Notes: generated from the letters alone by a model not told the origin. DNA of 24,000 nt from Streptomyces sp. ME02-8801-2C (GCF_033793965.1 NZ_JARAXP010000008.1:112333-136332); one strand, 5' to 3'. Positions 15,247-22,899 are shown, numbered from the stretch's first letter. Program-made: numbers and translations.

Positions 15247-15900
15247 ATGCGATTTTCGGCGGGTCCGCGCGGGGTGTGGGCTTACGTTCGTAGTGCTCCG
15301 GGGACGTACGTGTGGCTGCTCGTCCTGTTTTTCACGACGGTGGCTGTGCATCTCATGTCGGCGGAGTTCCAGGAGGAGTTCCTGCGGCAGCGTTCGACGA
15401 ACATCAATGAATTGTCGGACCATCCGGTGCGGGTGTTGATCTCCAGTGCGATGTGGATCGACGGGTGGTGGACTCCGTATCTCGTGCTGTATTCGGTGTT
15501 TCACGCGCAGGTCGAGCGGTGGTTGGGGACCGTGCGGTGGCTGGTGGTGTGTGTGAGCGCGCATGTGCTGGCGACGTTGGTGAGCCAGGGTGCGGTGTGG
15601 CGGGCGATCCGGGACGGTTCGGCGCCGGCGTCGGCGGCGGACACGATGGATTTCGGGGTGAGTTACGGGCTGGCGGGGGTGGTGGCCGTACTGACGTACC
15701 GGCTCACCCGGCCGTGGCGGTACGTGTACGCGGTGGGGGTTCTTGTCGTGTACGGGGTGCCGTTGTCCGTCTCGCGGACGTTCACGGATCTGGGGCACTT
15801 CACCGCGGCGCTGATCGGCTTCGCCTGCTGGCCGTTGACGCGTCTCAGGGGTCGTGAGGTGCGGAATCCGAAGGAGACACTGGGGGCGTTGAGGCGTTAA
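15247..15900 (+). CDS. Rhomboid-like polytopic membrane protein
   Basis: 217 aa from ATG 15247. About six hydrophobic spans. RSAPGTYVWLLVLFFTT...STNINEL...VFHAQVERWLG resembles the actinobacterial family annotated as rhomboid-like protein (from memory). Contains GVSYGLAG and GHFTAALIG, a possible Ser/His dyad. Confidence 0.68.
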   Translation: MRFSAGPRGVWAYVRSAPGTYVWLLVLFFTTVAVHLMSAEFQEEFLRQRSTNINELSDHPVRVLISSAMWIDGWWTPYLVLYSVFHAQVERWLGTVRWLVVCVSAHVLATLVSQGAVWRAIRDGSAPASAADTMDFGVSYGLAGVVAVLTYRLTRPWRYVYAVGVLVVYGVPLSVSRTFTDLGHFTAALIGFACWPLTRLRGREVRNPKETLGALRR

Positions 15901-15911
15901 CGTCCGGCGCT

Positions 15912-16090
15912 ATGAGCAGCGCGAATGGCGGTTCGGGTGTGGGTGCTGGGGCCGTCAACGGCCGGGTTTCCTTCTGGTACGCGCAGGACGGTCTGCAGGA
16001 GATGCGGGCGCGTCTCGACGGGGACGCGACGGCGGATGTCGTGATCGTCGGGGGCGGCTACACGGGGTTGTGGTCGGCCTATTACGTCAA
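15912..16090 (+). pseudogene. 5' fragment of an FAD-dependent oxidoreductase gene (DAO/PuuB/OrdL-like), truncated at the tnpB2 element
   Basis: Encodes ...SFWYAQDG...DATADVVIVGGGYTGLWSAYY, the Rossmann GxGxxG N-terminus of proteins that are normally about 430-480 aa. Recognisable sequence ends between about 16086 and 16104. The frame then runs into tnpB2 antisense sequence and stops at 16199. Confidence 0.7.
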
Positions 16091-17480
16091 CGACCCGGGA
16101 CTAAAGTCCCGGGCTTGCACGGCGGGCGCCACTGGCTGTGGTGCTGCGCTTGCGTCCTGGCCCGCCCTCGGGTGTCGGGGGTGGGTCTGGGGCGGTTGAC
16201 TGCGCCCCGCGTCGCCACAACTCTTCCGCGCGGGCGCGGATGTTGCGGGAGCTGTTTCGGTCTGCGTGATCAACGAATCCGCAGGACCGGCATGCGAACC
16301 AGGCCTGGGAGACCCGGTTCGCCCTGTCGATGTGGCCGCATTCGGCGCAGGTGCGGGAGGTGTACGCCGGATCGACGTACACCACCGGGACGCCGGCCTT
16401 CTTGGCCTTGTACGCGATGAACTGCCCCAGCTGGGCAAAGCTCCAGCTGGAGTGGGTGGCCCGTTGGGGTTTGCGTAGCCGTACCCGTTCGCGGATGCCC
16501 GTCAGTTCTTCGAGGGCGATTCCGCGTCCGGTGCGTTCTGCCGCGGCCACCACATGTTTCGCGATCTTGTGGTTGATGTCCTTCGCCCGCCGTGCTTCCT
16601 TGCGCCTGCGTTTCTTCAAACGGCGCTTGGCGGACGGGGTGTTCTTCTTCTGCAGTTTGGTGCGCAGGGTGCGTTCGCGCAGCCGTCCCCGGTTCAGCGC
16701 ACGCCCGGCCATGATTTGGCCGTCGCTCGGGGTGGCGATGTTGACGATCCCCAGGTCGATACCGAGGAACCCGTCCGGACCGGTGTTCAGGGGTGCTTCG
16801 GGGATTTCGCAGGTGGCTTGCAGAAACCACATCCCGTCGCGGTGGAGCAGGTCGGACTCACCCCTGCGGTACAGGGCCAGGCGGGCGAGCTGTTCCGGGG
16901 AGGCGGTGAACGCCACCTGCTTCATTCGCCCGGACAGGGTCCAGAGGGAGACGGTCCGGTCGGGGATCTGCCACGACAGCATCCGGTCGTCATAGGGCTG
17001 CGCGCCCTCAGGCCGGAAGACGACCGGTTTGCCCACCGCCCGCCGGTACCGCTTCGACCACGGCCTGCCCAGGTTCCCGGCCTTCAGGTTTGCCGCCAGC
17101 GTCCGGTAGGCGTCACAGGTCTTCTTGATGGTGTGCTGGGCGGCCTGCGCACCCAGCCCCCACCGCTGCCTGATCTCGGAGTAGGTGTGCTCGCGCAGCG
17201 CGAAGTTCCGCTTCACATCCTTCTCGAAGGCGACCTCGGACACCCAGGTGGCGGCCTCGTTGCAGGCGTGCAGGGTCGCCTCAAGCGCCGCCGCCTGTAC
17301 GGGCGTCGGCAACAGCTTGACCTGCACCACCAGCTTCATGACGCTCGAACCTACACAGCCGTCCGTACAGACACATGGCTTCCGCACATCAGTCCCATCA
17401 TTCAGCGACCCGTCGACCATGTGTTCGGCATTGTCCGGCTACGCCGGACAGCCCTACGCGTGCTCCGCGCCCGAACTCCC
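16087..17480 (-). mobile_element. Second tnpB-only insertion element; ends approximate
   Basis: tnpB2 plus flanks. Palindrome 16094-16113 lies at the 3' junction and hairpin 17431-17449 lies about 95 nt upstream of the start. No tnpA is present. The TnpB sequence is unrelated to TnpB1 at the N-terminus. Confidence 0.45.
16101..17339 (-). CDS. tnpB: TnpB (IS605 OrfB / InsQ-type RNA-guided endonuclease), second copy from a different subfamily
   Basis: 412 aa from ATG 17339 (MKLVVQVKLLPTPVQAAALEATLHACNEA). RuvC-I FLGIDLGIVNIA, RuvC-II GIALEELTGI, zinc ribbon CAECGH...CRSCGF, RuvC-III DHADRNSSRNI. The tracked ORF opens 27 codons further upstream. Confidence 0.9.
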   Translation of the reverse strand: MKLVVQVKLLPTPVQAAALEATLHACNEAATWVSEVAFEKDVKRNFALREHTYSEIRQRWGLGAQAAQHTIKKTCDAYRTLAANLKAGNLGRPWSKRYRRAVGKPVVFRPEGAQPYDDRMLSWQIPDRTVSLWTLSGRMKQVAFTASPEQLARLALYRRGESDLLHRDGMWFLQATCEIPEAPLNTGPDGFLGIDLGIVNIATPSDGQIMAGRALNRGRLRERTLRTKLQKKNTPSAKRRLKKRRRKEARRAKDINHKIAKHVVAAAERTGRGIALEELTGIRERVRLRKPQRATHSSWSFAQLGQFIAYKAKKAGVPVVYVDPAYTSRTCAECGHIDRANRVSQAWFACRSCGFVDHADRNSSRNIRARAEELWRRGAQSTAPDPPPTPEGGPGRKRSTTASGARRASPGL

Positions 17481-17554
17481 GCACACCGCGACGCTCCGCG
17501 TCGCCACCACACGAGGCGATTCCTCCCCATTTGCGGGGCCACCAAGAAGGTATT

Positions 17555-17577
17555 GGGGGGCGGCTGCGACGCCCCCC
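17555..17577 (-). terminator. Hairpin downstream of the quinone oxidoreductase gene
   Basis: 8-bp G/C stem GGGGGGCG / CGCCCCCC with a 7-nt loop, about 75 nt beyond the stop at 17651. No U-tract. Confidence 0.4.
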
Positions 17578-17650
17578 TCGGTGGCTGGGCTGGGCTGGGG
17601 GTGGGCTGTTGGGCCGGTGGTAGGTGGGGGTGCGGGCCCCGGGCGGTCTG

Positions 17651-18631
17651 TTACGGCTCCAGGATTACCTTGCCGGTTGTGCCTCGGTTTTCCAGGGCTC
17701 GGTGGGCGGCGGCTGCTTCTGTGAGGGGGAAGCGGTGTACCGCGGGGGTCAGGCGGCCGGTTGCGGCTTCGGTGAGGGCGCGTAGTTCCAGGGTGCGCAG
17801 GGGGTTCGGGCCGCCTGCCTTCGCCAGCATTTCCGGGCCGAGGACCTGTTGGGAGAGGCCCTCGATGAGGAGGGGGCCGCCGGTGTGGATGCCGGCTGCG
17901 GACCAGCCGAAGACGAGGTGTTGTCCGGTGGGGGAGAGGAGTGCGGTGGCCTCGCGGGCGATGTCGCCGCCGACGCCGTCGAAGACGACGGTTGCGGGCC
18001 TGCCGCCGAGATACGCGCGTACCTTGTCCGGCCAGGCGGGATCCGCGTAGTCGACGGCGAGGTCGGCGCCGTTCGCCGCGACGAGGGCCGTTTTCGCCGG
18101 GCCGCCGGCGAGGCCGATCACGGTGGCGCCGGTGTGTCGGGCGTACTGCACGAGCAGGGTGCCGATGCCGCCGGCGGCGGCCGGGACGACGGCCACGGAG
18201 TCGGGGCCGAGGTCGGTGAACTGCAGGATGCCCATGGCCGTACGCCCTGTGCCGATCATGGCGACGGCCTGGGCGAAGTCGAGGCCGGCCGGGATTTCGT
18301 GCAGGCGTTCCATGCCGGTGACGGCGAGTTCGGCGTATCCGCCGGGCTGGAAGCCGAGGTGGGCTACGACGCGTTTGCCGAGCCACAGTCGCGGGGTGCC
18401 CTCGCCCAGGGCGTCGACGGTGCCGGCGACCTCGCGGCCGGGGATGGTCGGGAGTCGGGCGGGCTCCGGTGCCGGGCCTGTCATGCCCTCGCGCAGGGCG
18501 GCGTCGAGGAGGTGTACGCCGGCTGCGGCGACGGCGATGCGAACCTCGCCGGGGCCGGGGATCGGGTCGTCCACCTGTTCGTGGACGAGGTTTTCGGCGG
18601 GGCCGAAGGTGTGCAGGCGGATGGCGTGCAT
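17651..18631 (-). CDS. NADPH:quinone oxidoreductase / zinc-type alcohol dehydrogenase superfamily (MDR) protein
   Basis: 326 aa. N-terminal GroES-like fold (GPGEVRIAVAAAGVH, PGREVAGTV). Rossmann motif AAAGGIGTLLVQYA. C-terminus TGKVILEP is typical of Qor-like MDRs. GAGGA Shine-Dalgarno upstream. Confidence 0.87.
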   Translation of the reverse strand: MHAIRLHTFGPAENLVHEQVDDPIPGPGEVRIAVAAAGVHLLDAALREGMTGPAPEPARLPTIPGREVAGTVDALGEGTPRLWLGKRVVAHLGFQPGGYAELAVTGMERLHEIPAGLDFAQAVAMIGTGRTAMGILQFTDLGPDSVAVVPAAAGGIGTLLVQYARHTGATVIGLAGGPAKTALVAANGADLAVDYADPAWPDKVRAYLGGRPATVVFDGVGGDIAREATALLSPTGQHLVFGWSAAGIHTGGPLLIEGLSQQVLGPEMLAKAGGPNPLRTLELRALTEAATGRLTPAVHRFPLTEAAAAHRALENRGTTGKVILEP

Positions 18632-18642
18632 GAGGGGTCCTC

Positions 18643-18687
18643 AGGTGTGGTGGCGGGAGGCGTGGTGGTGAGAGGCGTGGTGTCGCG
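18643..18687. repeat. Three degenerate 15-bp tandem repeats just upstream of the qor-like gene's ribosome-binding site
   Basis: Units are AGGTGTGGTGGCGGG, AGGCGTGGTGGTGAG and AGGCGTGGTGTCGCG on the plus strand (CA-rich CACCACGCCT on the sense strand). They lie in the 101-nt spacer between two co-oriented minus-strand genes. Confidence 0.8.
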
Positions 18688-18732
18688 GCGTTCGGTTTCG
18701 TGCTGTGCCTCGGGAGTTGCCACTCTTCAACC

Positions 18733-19944
18733 TCAAGCATGCTTCAGGTCAAGGGGGTTGGGGCGGCCGTGGATGCGTCGGTTGCCCAGGGCCAGTGATA
18801 CGGCGGTCAGCGCGCTGTTGAAGGAGACCTCCGCGAGGACGCCGGGGGCCGCCACCTGGTCGCCCGTCAGGTAGACGTTGTCGCCGCGTTCGATCGCGGG
18901 CCGGTCGCGCCAGCTCGTACCCGGCAGGTCGACCGCGCCGGTACGGCCGTTCGCGGTGGCCTCGCGGCGCCAGGTGACGCGTTCGCGCCAGCCGTCGAAG
19001 GCCAGGTCGAGGAGTTCCTCGGCGTGGGCGACGCCCTCGGCGCGGGAGGCGTGCGGGGCGATCGGGAACTGGCCCTGGAGGAGCTGCTCGCCGGCGGGGG
19101 CGAGGGTGCGGTCCTGTGCGGTGAAGCGTTCCAGCCAGCCGGGTGCGTCCAGGTCGGAGACGACGAAGGGGTCGCCGCGCCGGGTGCGTACGGCGAGGTC
19201 GAGGAGGACCGTACGCGCGCCGGTCCAGGTGAGGGTGTCGTCGCCCAGGAGGCGCCGGGCGGCGTCGAGGGAGGTGGCGACGATGACGGGTGTGTCGGTG
19301 GGGAGCGTGTCGACGCGGGACAGGGTCTCGACCCGTACGCCCAGGTTCCAGGCGCGGGCGGCCATCCGGTCGATCACGCTGGCCCAGCCGCCGCGCGGGT
19401 AGTGGGCCTCGGGCGGGAGGGCGGCGGCGCGGCGCAGCCGTTCCTGTACGAAGGCCGCGGACAGGGAGCCGGGGTCGTGGTGGAAGAGGGCGACGGCGGA
19501 GTAGTGCGCGGCGGCGACGGCGCCCTTCTCGCCTGCCTGGTCGGTGGCCCAGGTCATGAAGTCGATGTCCTGGGGCGCCTGTTGGGCGCTGCGGCGCAGC
19601 AGCTTGAGCATGGCGAGGGGTGGGGTGCGGCGCAGGGCGCCCTGGTGGCGGAAGTGGAATCGGGCGGCTTCCAGGGGTGGGAGCGGGGCCAGCGGTCCGA
19701 TCAGGTCGCGGCGCGTGAGCCAGGTCCAGTGCGGGCCGCCGCTGTAGAGGGCGTGCGGGCCGTCGTTCGTACGGTACGGCCCCTCGGCGGTGCGGCCCCG
19801 GCCGCCGAGGGTGTGGTGGGCCTCGTACACGGTGACCTTGGCGCCTGCCTCGGCGGCGGCGATGGCGGCGGTGAGGCCGGCGAAGCCGCCGCCGATGACG
19901 GTGAGGGGGGTGCGGGGGCGGGGGCGGGCGGGGGTGTGGTGCAT
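18733..19944 (-). CDS. NAD(P)/FAD-dependent oxidoreductase (amine-oxidase / phytoene-desaturase-like fold)
   Basis: 403 aa. N-terminal dinucleotide-binding motif LTVIGGGFAGLTAAIAAAEAGAKVTVYEAHHTLGGR. C-terminal GDQVAAPG-type FAD motif. Confidence 0.85.
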   Translation of the reverse strand: MHHTPARPRPRTPLTVIGGGFAGLTAAIAAAEAGAKVTVYEAHHTLGGRGRTAEGPYRTNDGPHALYSGGPHWTWLTRRDLIGPLAPLPPLEAARFHFRHQGALRRTPPLAMLKLLRRSAQQAPQDIDFMTWATDQAGEKGAVAAAHYSAVALFHHDPGSLSAAFVQERLRRAAALPPEAHYPRGGWASVIDRMAARAWNLGVRVETLSRVDTLPTDTPVIVATSLDAARRLLGDDTLTWTGARTVLLDLAVRTRRGDPFVVSDLDAPGWLERFTAQDRTLAPAGEQLLQGQFPIAPHASRAEGVAHAEELLDLAFDGWRERVTWRREATANGRTGAVDLPGTSWRDRPAIERGDNVYLTGDQVAAPGVLAEVSFNSALTAVSLALGNRRIHGRPNPLDLKHA

Positions 19945-20018
19945 GTCCTGGGTCTCCCTCTGGTGGGTGCCTTTCTGCTGTGCGTCAGTACGACTGGTTG
20001 AAGGGAGTGGAATGTGAC

Positions 20019-20786
20019 ATGGGGGTGGTCGAAGGGGTGTTTTCGCAGGTCGGGCCAGTTGTCAGTGGTGGGGTGCAGGATGGGGGCATGGTGAGGCGAG
20101 CGGTGGGTGGCGTGGGCGGTACGGGGGGTTCCGCGGACGGGGTCAAGGGAGCTCGGCGGCCTGAGGTGCGGTTGCCTGCGCTGGAGCCGTTCGGGGGTGG
20201 GGAGTTGGCGGTTGACGGGGACTACGACGGGCTCGCGTTCCGGGAGGCCGACTTCGCCGGGCAGGACGGCGGGGGCGCCCGGTTCATGGACTGTGCGCTG
20301 ACGGGGTGCGTGCTGGACGAGACAGGGCTGCATCACGCCCGCTTGCTCGACTCGGTCCTCACGGGCATTCGGGGCGTCGGCACGAACCTCGCCGAGTCGA
20401 CGCTGCGTGATGTGGAGCTGGTCGATGCCCGGCTGGGCGGGGTGCAGTTGCACGGGGCCGTGCTGGAGCGGGTGCTGGTGCGGGGCGGGAAGATCGACTA
20501 TCTGAACCTGAGGAAGGCGAAGCTGAAGGATGTCGTCTTCGAGGGGTGCGTGCTGGTGGAGCCGGACTTCGGGGGTGCGGTGCTGGAGCGGGTGGAGTTC
20601 GTGGACTGTTCGCTGAAGGGGGCGGACTTCAGTGCGGCGAGTCTTCGGGATGTGGATTTCCGGCGGGCTGCGGAGTTGGGGTTCGCGCGGGGGGTGGATC
20701 GGTTGGCGGGGGCGGTGATCAGTCCTGTGCAGTTGCTTGAGCTTGCGGGGGTGTTTGCGGCGGAGTTGGGGGTGCGGGTGGGGTAG
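20019..20786 (+). CDS. Pentapeptide-repeat protein
   Basis: Body is tandem A(D/N)LxX-type pentapeptides (ADFAGQDGGGARFMDCALTGCVLDETGLHHARLLDSVLTG...GADFSAASLRDVDFRRA). Start is uncertain: ATG 20019 (GGAG 11 nt upstream), ATG 20088, or the ORF opening at 19980. Confidence 0.82.
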   Translation: MGVVEGVFSQVGPVVSGGVQDGGMVRRAVGGVGGTGGSADGVKGARRPEVRLPALEPFGGGELAVDGDYDGLAFREADFAGQDGGGARFMDCALTGCVLDETGLHHARLLDSVLTGIRGVGTNLAESTLRDVELVDARLGGVQLHGAVLERVLVRGGKIDYLNLRKAKLKDVVFEGCVLVEPDFGGAVLERVEFVDCSLKGADFSAASLRDVDFRRAAELGFARGVDRLAGAVISPVQLLELAGVFAAELGVRVG

Positions 20787-20791
20787 TTGGG

Positions 20792-20814
20792 GGGTTTCCC
20801 ACCCACCCGCCCGT
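20792..20814. repeat. Direct repeat copy 1, containing a G3N1G3N1G3N1G3 motif on the minus strand
   Basis: GGGTTTCCCACCCACCCGCCCGT; the minus strand reads GGGCGGGTGGGTGGG (20812-20798). Matches copy 2 at 21 of 23 positions. Confidence 0.85.
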
Positions 20815-20900
20815 CTCGGTTTGTTTGCCGGGTGCCCTCGAGAGGCGGCTCGTTCGGCTTGTCCGGGGCGCGATAGGTAACGCCGGTTTCAGACCAGGTC

Positions 20901-20923
20901 GGGTTTCCCACCCGCCCACCCGT
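20901..20923. repeat. Direct repeat copy 2, containing a G3N1G3N1G3N1G3 motif on the minus strand
   Basis: GGGTTTCCCACCCGCCCACCCGT; the minus strand reads GGGTGGGCGGGTGGG (20921-20907). This is 16-30 nt downstream of the stop codon of the minus-strand gene at 20937-21440. Confidence 0.85.
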
Positions 20924-20936
20924 TCGCCCTTTGTGT

Positions 20937-21440
20937 TCAGTTTGGGAGTCTTGGGAAGCGGGCCTGCAGTGTCCAGATCGCCGGGTTTTCGCCCAGCGCC
21001 TCGTGGAGGTCGATCAGGTCGGCCAGGACGTCGTGGAGGAAGTCCCTCGCCTCTCTGCGCAGCTCCGCGTGGGAGAAGGTGAGCGGCGGTTCCTCCGCCG
21101 GCATCCAGTCGGACTCGATGTCCACCCATCCGAAGCGGCGCTCGAAGAGCATGCGGTCGGTGGACTCGGTGAAGTCCAGTTCCGCGTACTGGGGGCGGGA
21201 GGCGCGGGAACCCGCGGGGTCCTGGTCCAGCTGCTCCACGATGTCGCACAGCGCCCACGCGAAGTCGAGCACCGGCACCCATCCCCAGGCTGTGGACAGT
21301 TCCCGGTCCGCCTTGGTGTCGGCGAGGTAGACGTCTCCGCAGAAGAGGTCGTGGCGCAGGGTGTGGACGTCCGCGCGGCGGTAGTCGGTCTGCGGGGGGT
21401 CCGGGAAGCGGTTGGAGAGGGCGTAGCCGATATCGAGCAC
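20937..21440 (-). CDS. Hypothetical protein (acidic, Trp-rich, no recognisable domain)
   Basis: 167 aa with a GTG start. High third-position GC in this frame. Sequence features WGWVPVLDFAWALCDIVEQLD and FGWVDIESDWMP. I recognise no catalytic or transmembrane motifs. Confidence 0.55.
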   Translation of the reverse strand: MLDIGYALSNRFPDPPQTDYRRADVHTLRHDLFCGDVYLADTKADRELSTAWGWVPVLDFAWALCDIVEQLDQDPAGSRASRPQYAELDFTESTDRMLFERRFGWVDIESDWMPAEEPPLTFSHAELRREARDFLHDVLADLIDLHEALGENPAIWTLQARFPRLPN

Positions 21441-21620
21441 GGTGGTGATGGTGTCATGACGTCAACCAATGGCGGTCGCCCCGGCCGCCCCCCGGCTCTC
21501 CCGGCCGTCCCCACACCCTCGGCCGCCCCGGCACCTGCCGGCCCCGGCCCCGGGCCTCGCCCTCCTGGGCCGGCCTCCTCCCGGCCCCCCACCCCTCCCG
21601 ATGTGCGCGCGGACGCGTGA

Positions 21621-21662
21621 AAGCCCCCGGTCCGAGCGCTGCCTCGCGCTCGGACCGGGGGC
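21621..21662 (-). terminator. terD terminator hairpin
   Basis: Perfect 18-bp stem AAGCCCCCGGTCCGAGCG / CGCTCGGACCGGGGGCTT with a 6-nt loop. On the minus strand it is followed by TTCAC. Lies 38 nt downstream of the terD stop. Confidence 0.8.
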
Positions 21663-21699
21663 TTCCCGGCCGGCCGCCGGGTGCGGCTTCGCCGCCGAC

Positions 21700-22275
21700 T
21701 CAGACGTTGACGCCGAAGTCCTGGGCGATGCCCACGAGGCCCGAGGCGTAGCCCTGGCCGACCGCGCGGAACTTCCACTCGGCGCCGTTGCGGTACAGCT
21801 CGCCGAAGACCATCGCCGTCTCCGTCGCCGCGTCCTCCGAGAGGTCGTAGCGGGCGATCTCGGCGCCGCCGGCCTCGTTCAGGATGCGGATGTACGCGTT
21901 GCGGACCTGGCCGAAGTTCTGCGAGCGGTTCTCCGCGTCGTAGATCGAGACCGGGAAGACGATCTTGTCGATGTCGGCGGGGAGGCCGGCGAGGTTGACC
22001 TTGATCGCCTCGTCGTCGCCCGCGCCCTCGCCCGTGCGGTTGTCGCCGGTGTGGACGATCGTGCTGTCCGGGGTCTGCTTGTTGTTGAAGAACACGAAGT
22101 GGCCGTCCGAGTAGACCTTGCCCTGCGTGTTGACCGCGATCGCCGAGGCGTCGAGGTCGAAGTCCGTGCCGGTGGTGGTGCGGACGTCCCAGCCGAGGCC
22201 CACGGTGACGGCGGTCAGGCCCGGAGCCTCCTTGGTGAGCGAGACGTTGCCACCCTTGGACAGGCTTACAGCCAT
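21700..22275 (-). CDS. terD: TerD-family stress (tellurium-resistance-like) protein
   Basis: 191 aa from ATG 22275 (AAGGA Shine-Dalgarno upstream). [20 protein letters not shown]...GLGWD...DFDLDASA...FVFFNN...[13 protein letters not shown]...FPVSIYD...GELYR...[11 protein letters not shown] is the canonical TerD calcium-binding fold. The 40 upstream codons of the tracked ORF were rejected. Confidence 0.93.
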   Translation of the reverse strand: MAVSLSKGGNVSLTKEAPGLTAVTVGLGWDVRTTTGTDFDLDASAIAVNTQGKVYSDGHFVFFNNKQTPDSTIVHTGDNRTGEGAGDDEAIKVNLAGLPADIDKIVFPVSIYDAENRSQNFGQVRNAYIRILNEAGGAEIARYDLSEDAATETAMVFGELYRNGAEWKFRAVGQGYASGLVGIAQDFGVNV

Positions 22276-22461
22276 TGTTGGGAGTCCTTCCCTCGTTTGA
22301 CAGACGTGCGTACGGGCGTGCGGTGCGGGAGCCCCGTACGGGGACGAAGCTACCGTCACCCCCATGAACGCCGACGGGGGTACCAAAGGTTCCACGCGTC
22401 TTTACTTTCTTTACCCGGCGTGTCGAAAACGGGGTGACGTGGACCGGACAGCCGCGCGACC

Positions 22462-22899
22462 ATGGTGGGCATGGCCGGTCCCTACCTCATCCGCGGCTCC
22501 GTCTCGCTTCCCGAGGCCGAGCTCATGTGGCGTTTCTCGCGGTCCGGTGGTCCGGGCGGGCAGCACGTCAACACCAGTGACTCCAGGGTCGAGCTGAGCC
22601 TCGACCTCGCTAGGACCGAGGCGCTGCCCGAGGTCTGGAAGCAGCGCGCGCTGGAGCGCCTCGCCGGTCGGCTCGTCGACGGTGTCGTCACCGTCCGTTC
22701 GTCCGAGCACCGTTCGCAGTGGCGCAACCGCGAGGCGGCGGCCGTACGCCTGACCGCTCTTCTCGCCGAGGCGACCGCGCCGCCGCCCAAGCCCCGCACC
22801 CCGACCCGTATCCCGCGCGGAATCAATGAACGCCGGCTGCGTCAGAAGAAGGCACGCGCGGACGTGAAGCGCGGCCGTACGGGACGGGACTGGGGCTGA
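22462..22899 (+). CDS. arfB: Alternative ribosome-rescue factor ArfB (peptidyl-tRNA hydrolase, YaeJ-like)
   Basis: 145 aa. RF-1 domain with the catalytic GGQ motif (SGGPGGQHVNTSDSRVEL), and a basic C-terminal tail (RRLRQKKARADVKRGR) that probes the mRNA channel. Start is ATG 22462 or ATG 22471. Confidence 0.9.
   Translation: MVGMAGPYLIRGSVSLPEAELMWRFSRSGGPGGQHVNTSDSRVELSLDLARTEALPEVWKQRALERLAGRLVDGVVTVRSSEHRSQWRNREAAAVRLTALLAEATAPPPKPRTPTRIPRGINERRLRQKKARADVKRGRTGRDWG

Noticed and set aside
15214-15798. N-terminal 195 codons of the 501-aa ORF that contains the APH(6)-like kinase.
   Set aside because: This part is Pro/His/Arg-rich junk antisense to the rhomboid-like gene. Similarity to APH(6) starts at VTRIRVPDE (GTG 15213), giving the expected length of about 306 aa.
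14064-17650. Integrase-type genomic island at tRNA-Thr, which would have an att direct repeat of the tRNA 3' end.
   Set aside because: There is no integrase gene, and reading by eye I found no second copy of the GGTTCGAATCCGATAGGGGGC segment downstream. A computational repeat search is still needed for short att cores.
12285-17650. tnpA partners (Y1 HUH transposase or serine recombinase) for either tnpB.
   Set aside because: No ORF of suitable size or motif (HUH...Y, or a resolvase Ser-Arg N-terminus) exists in the roughly 180 nt upstream of tnpB1 or the roughly 310 nt upstream of tnpB2, or elsewhere in the islet.
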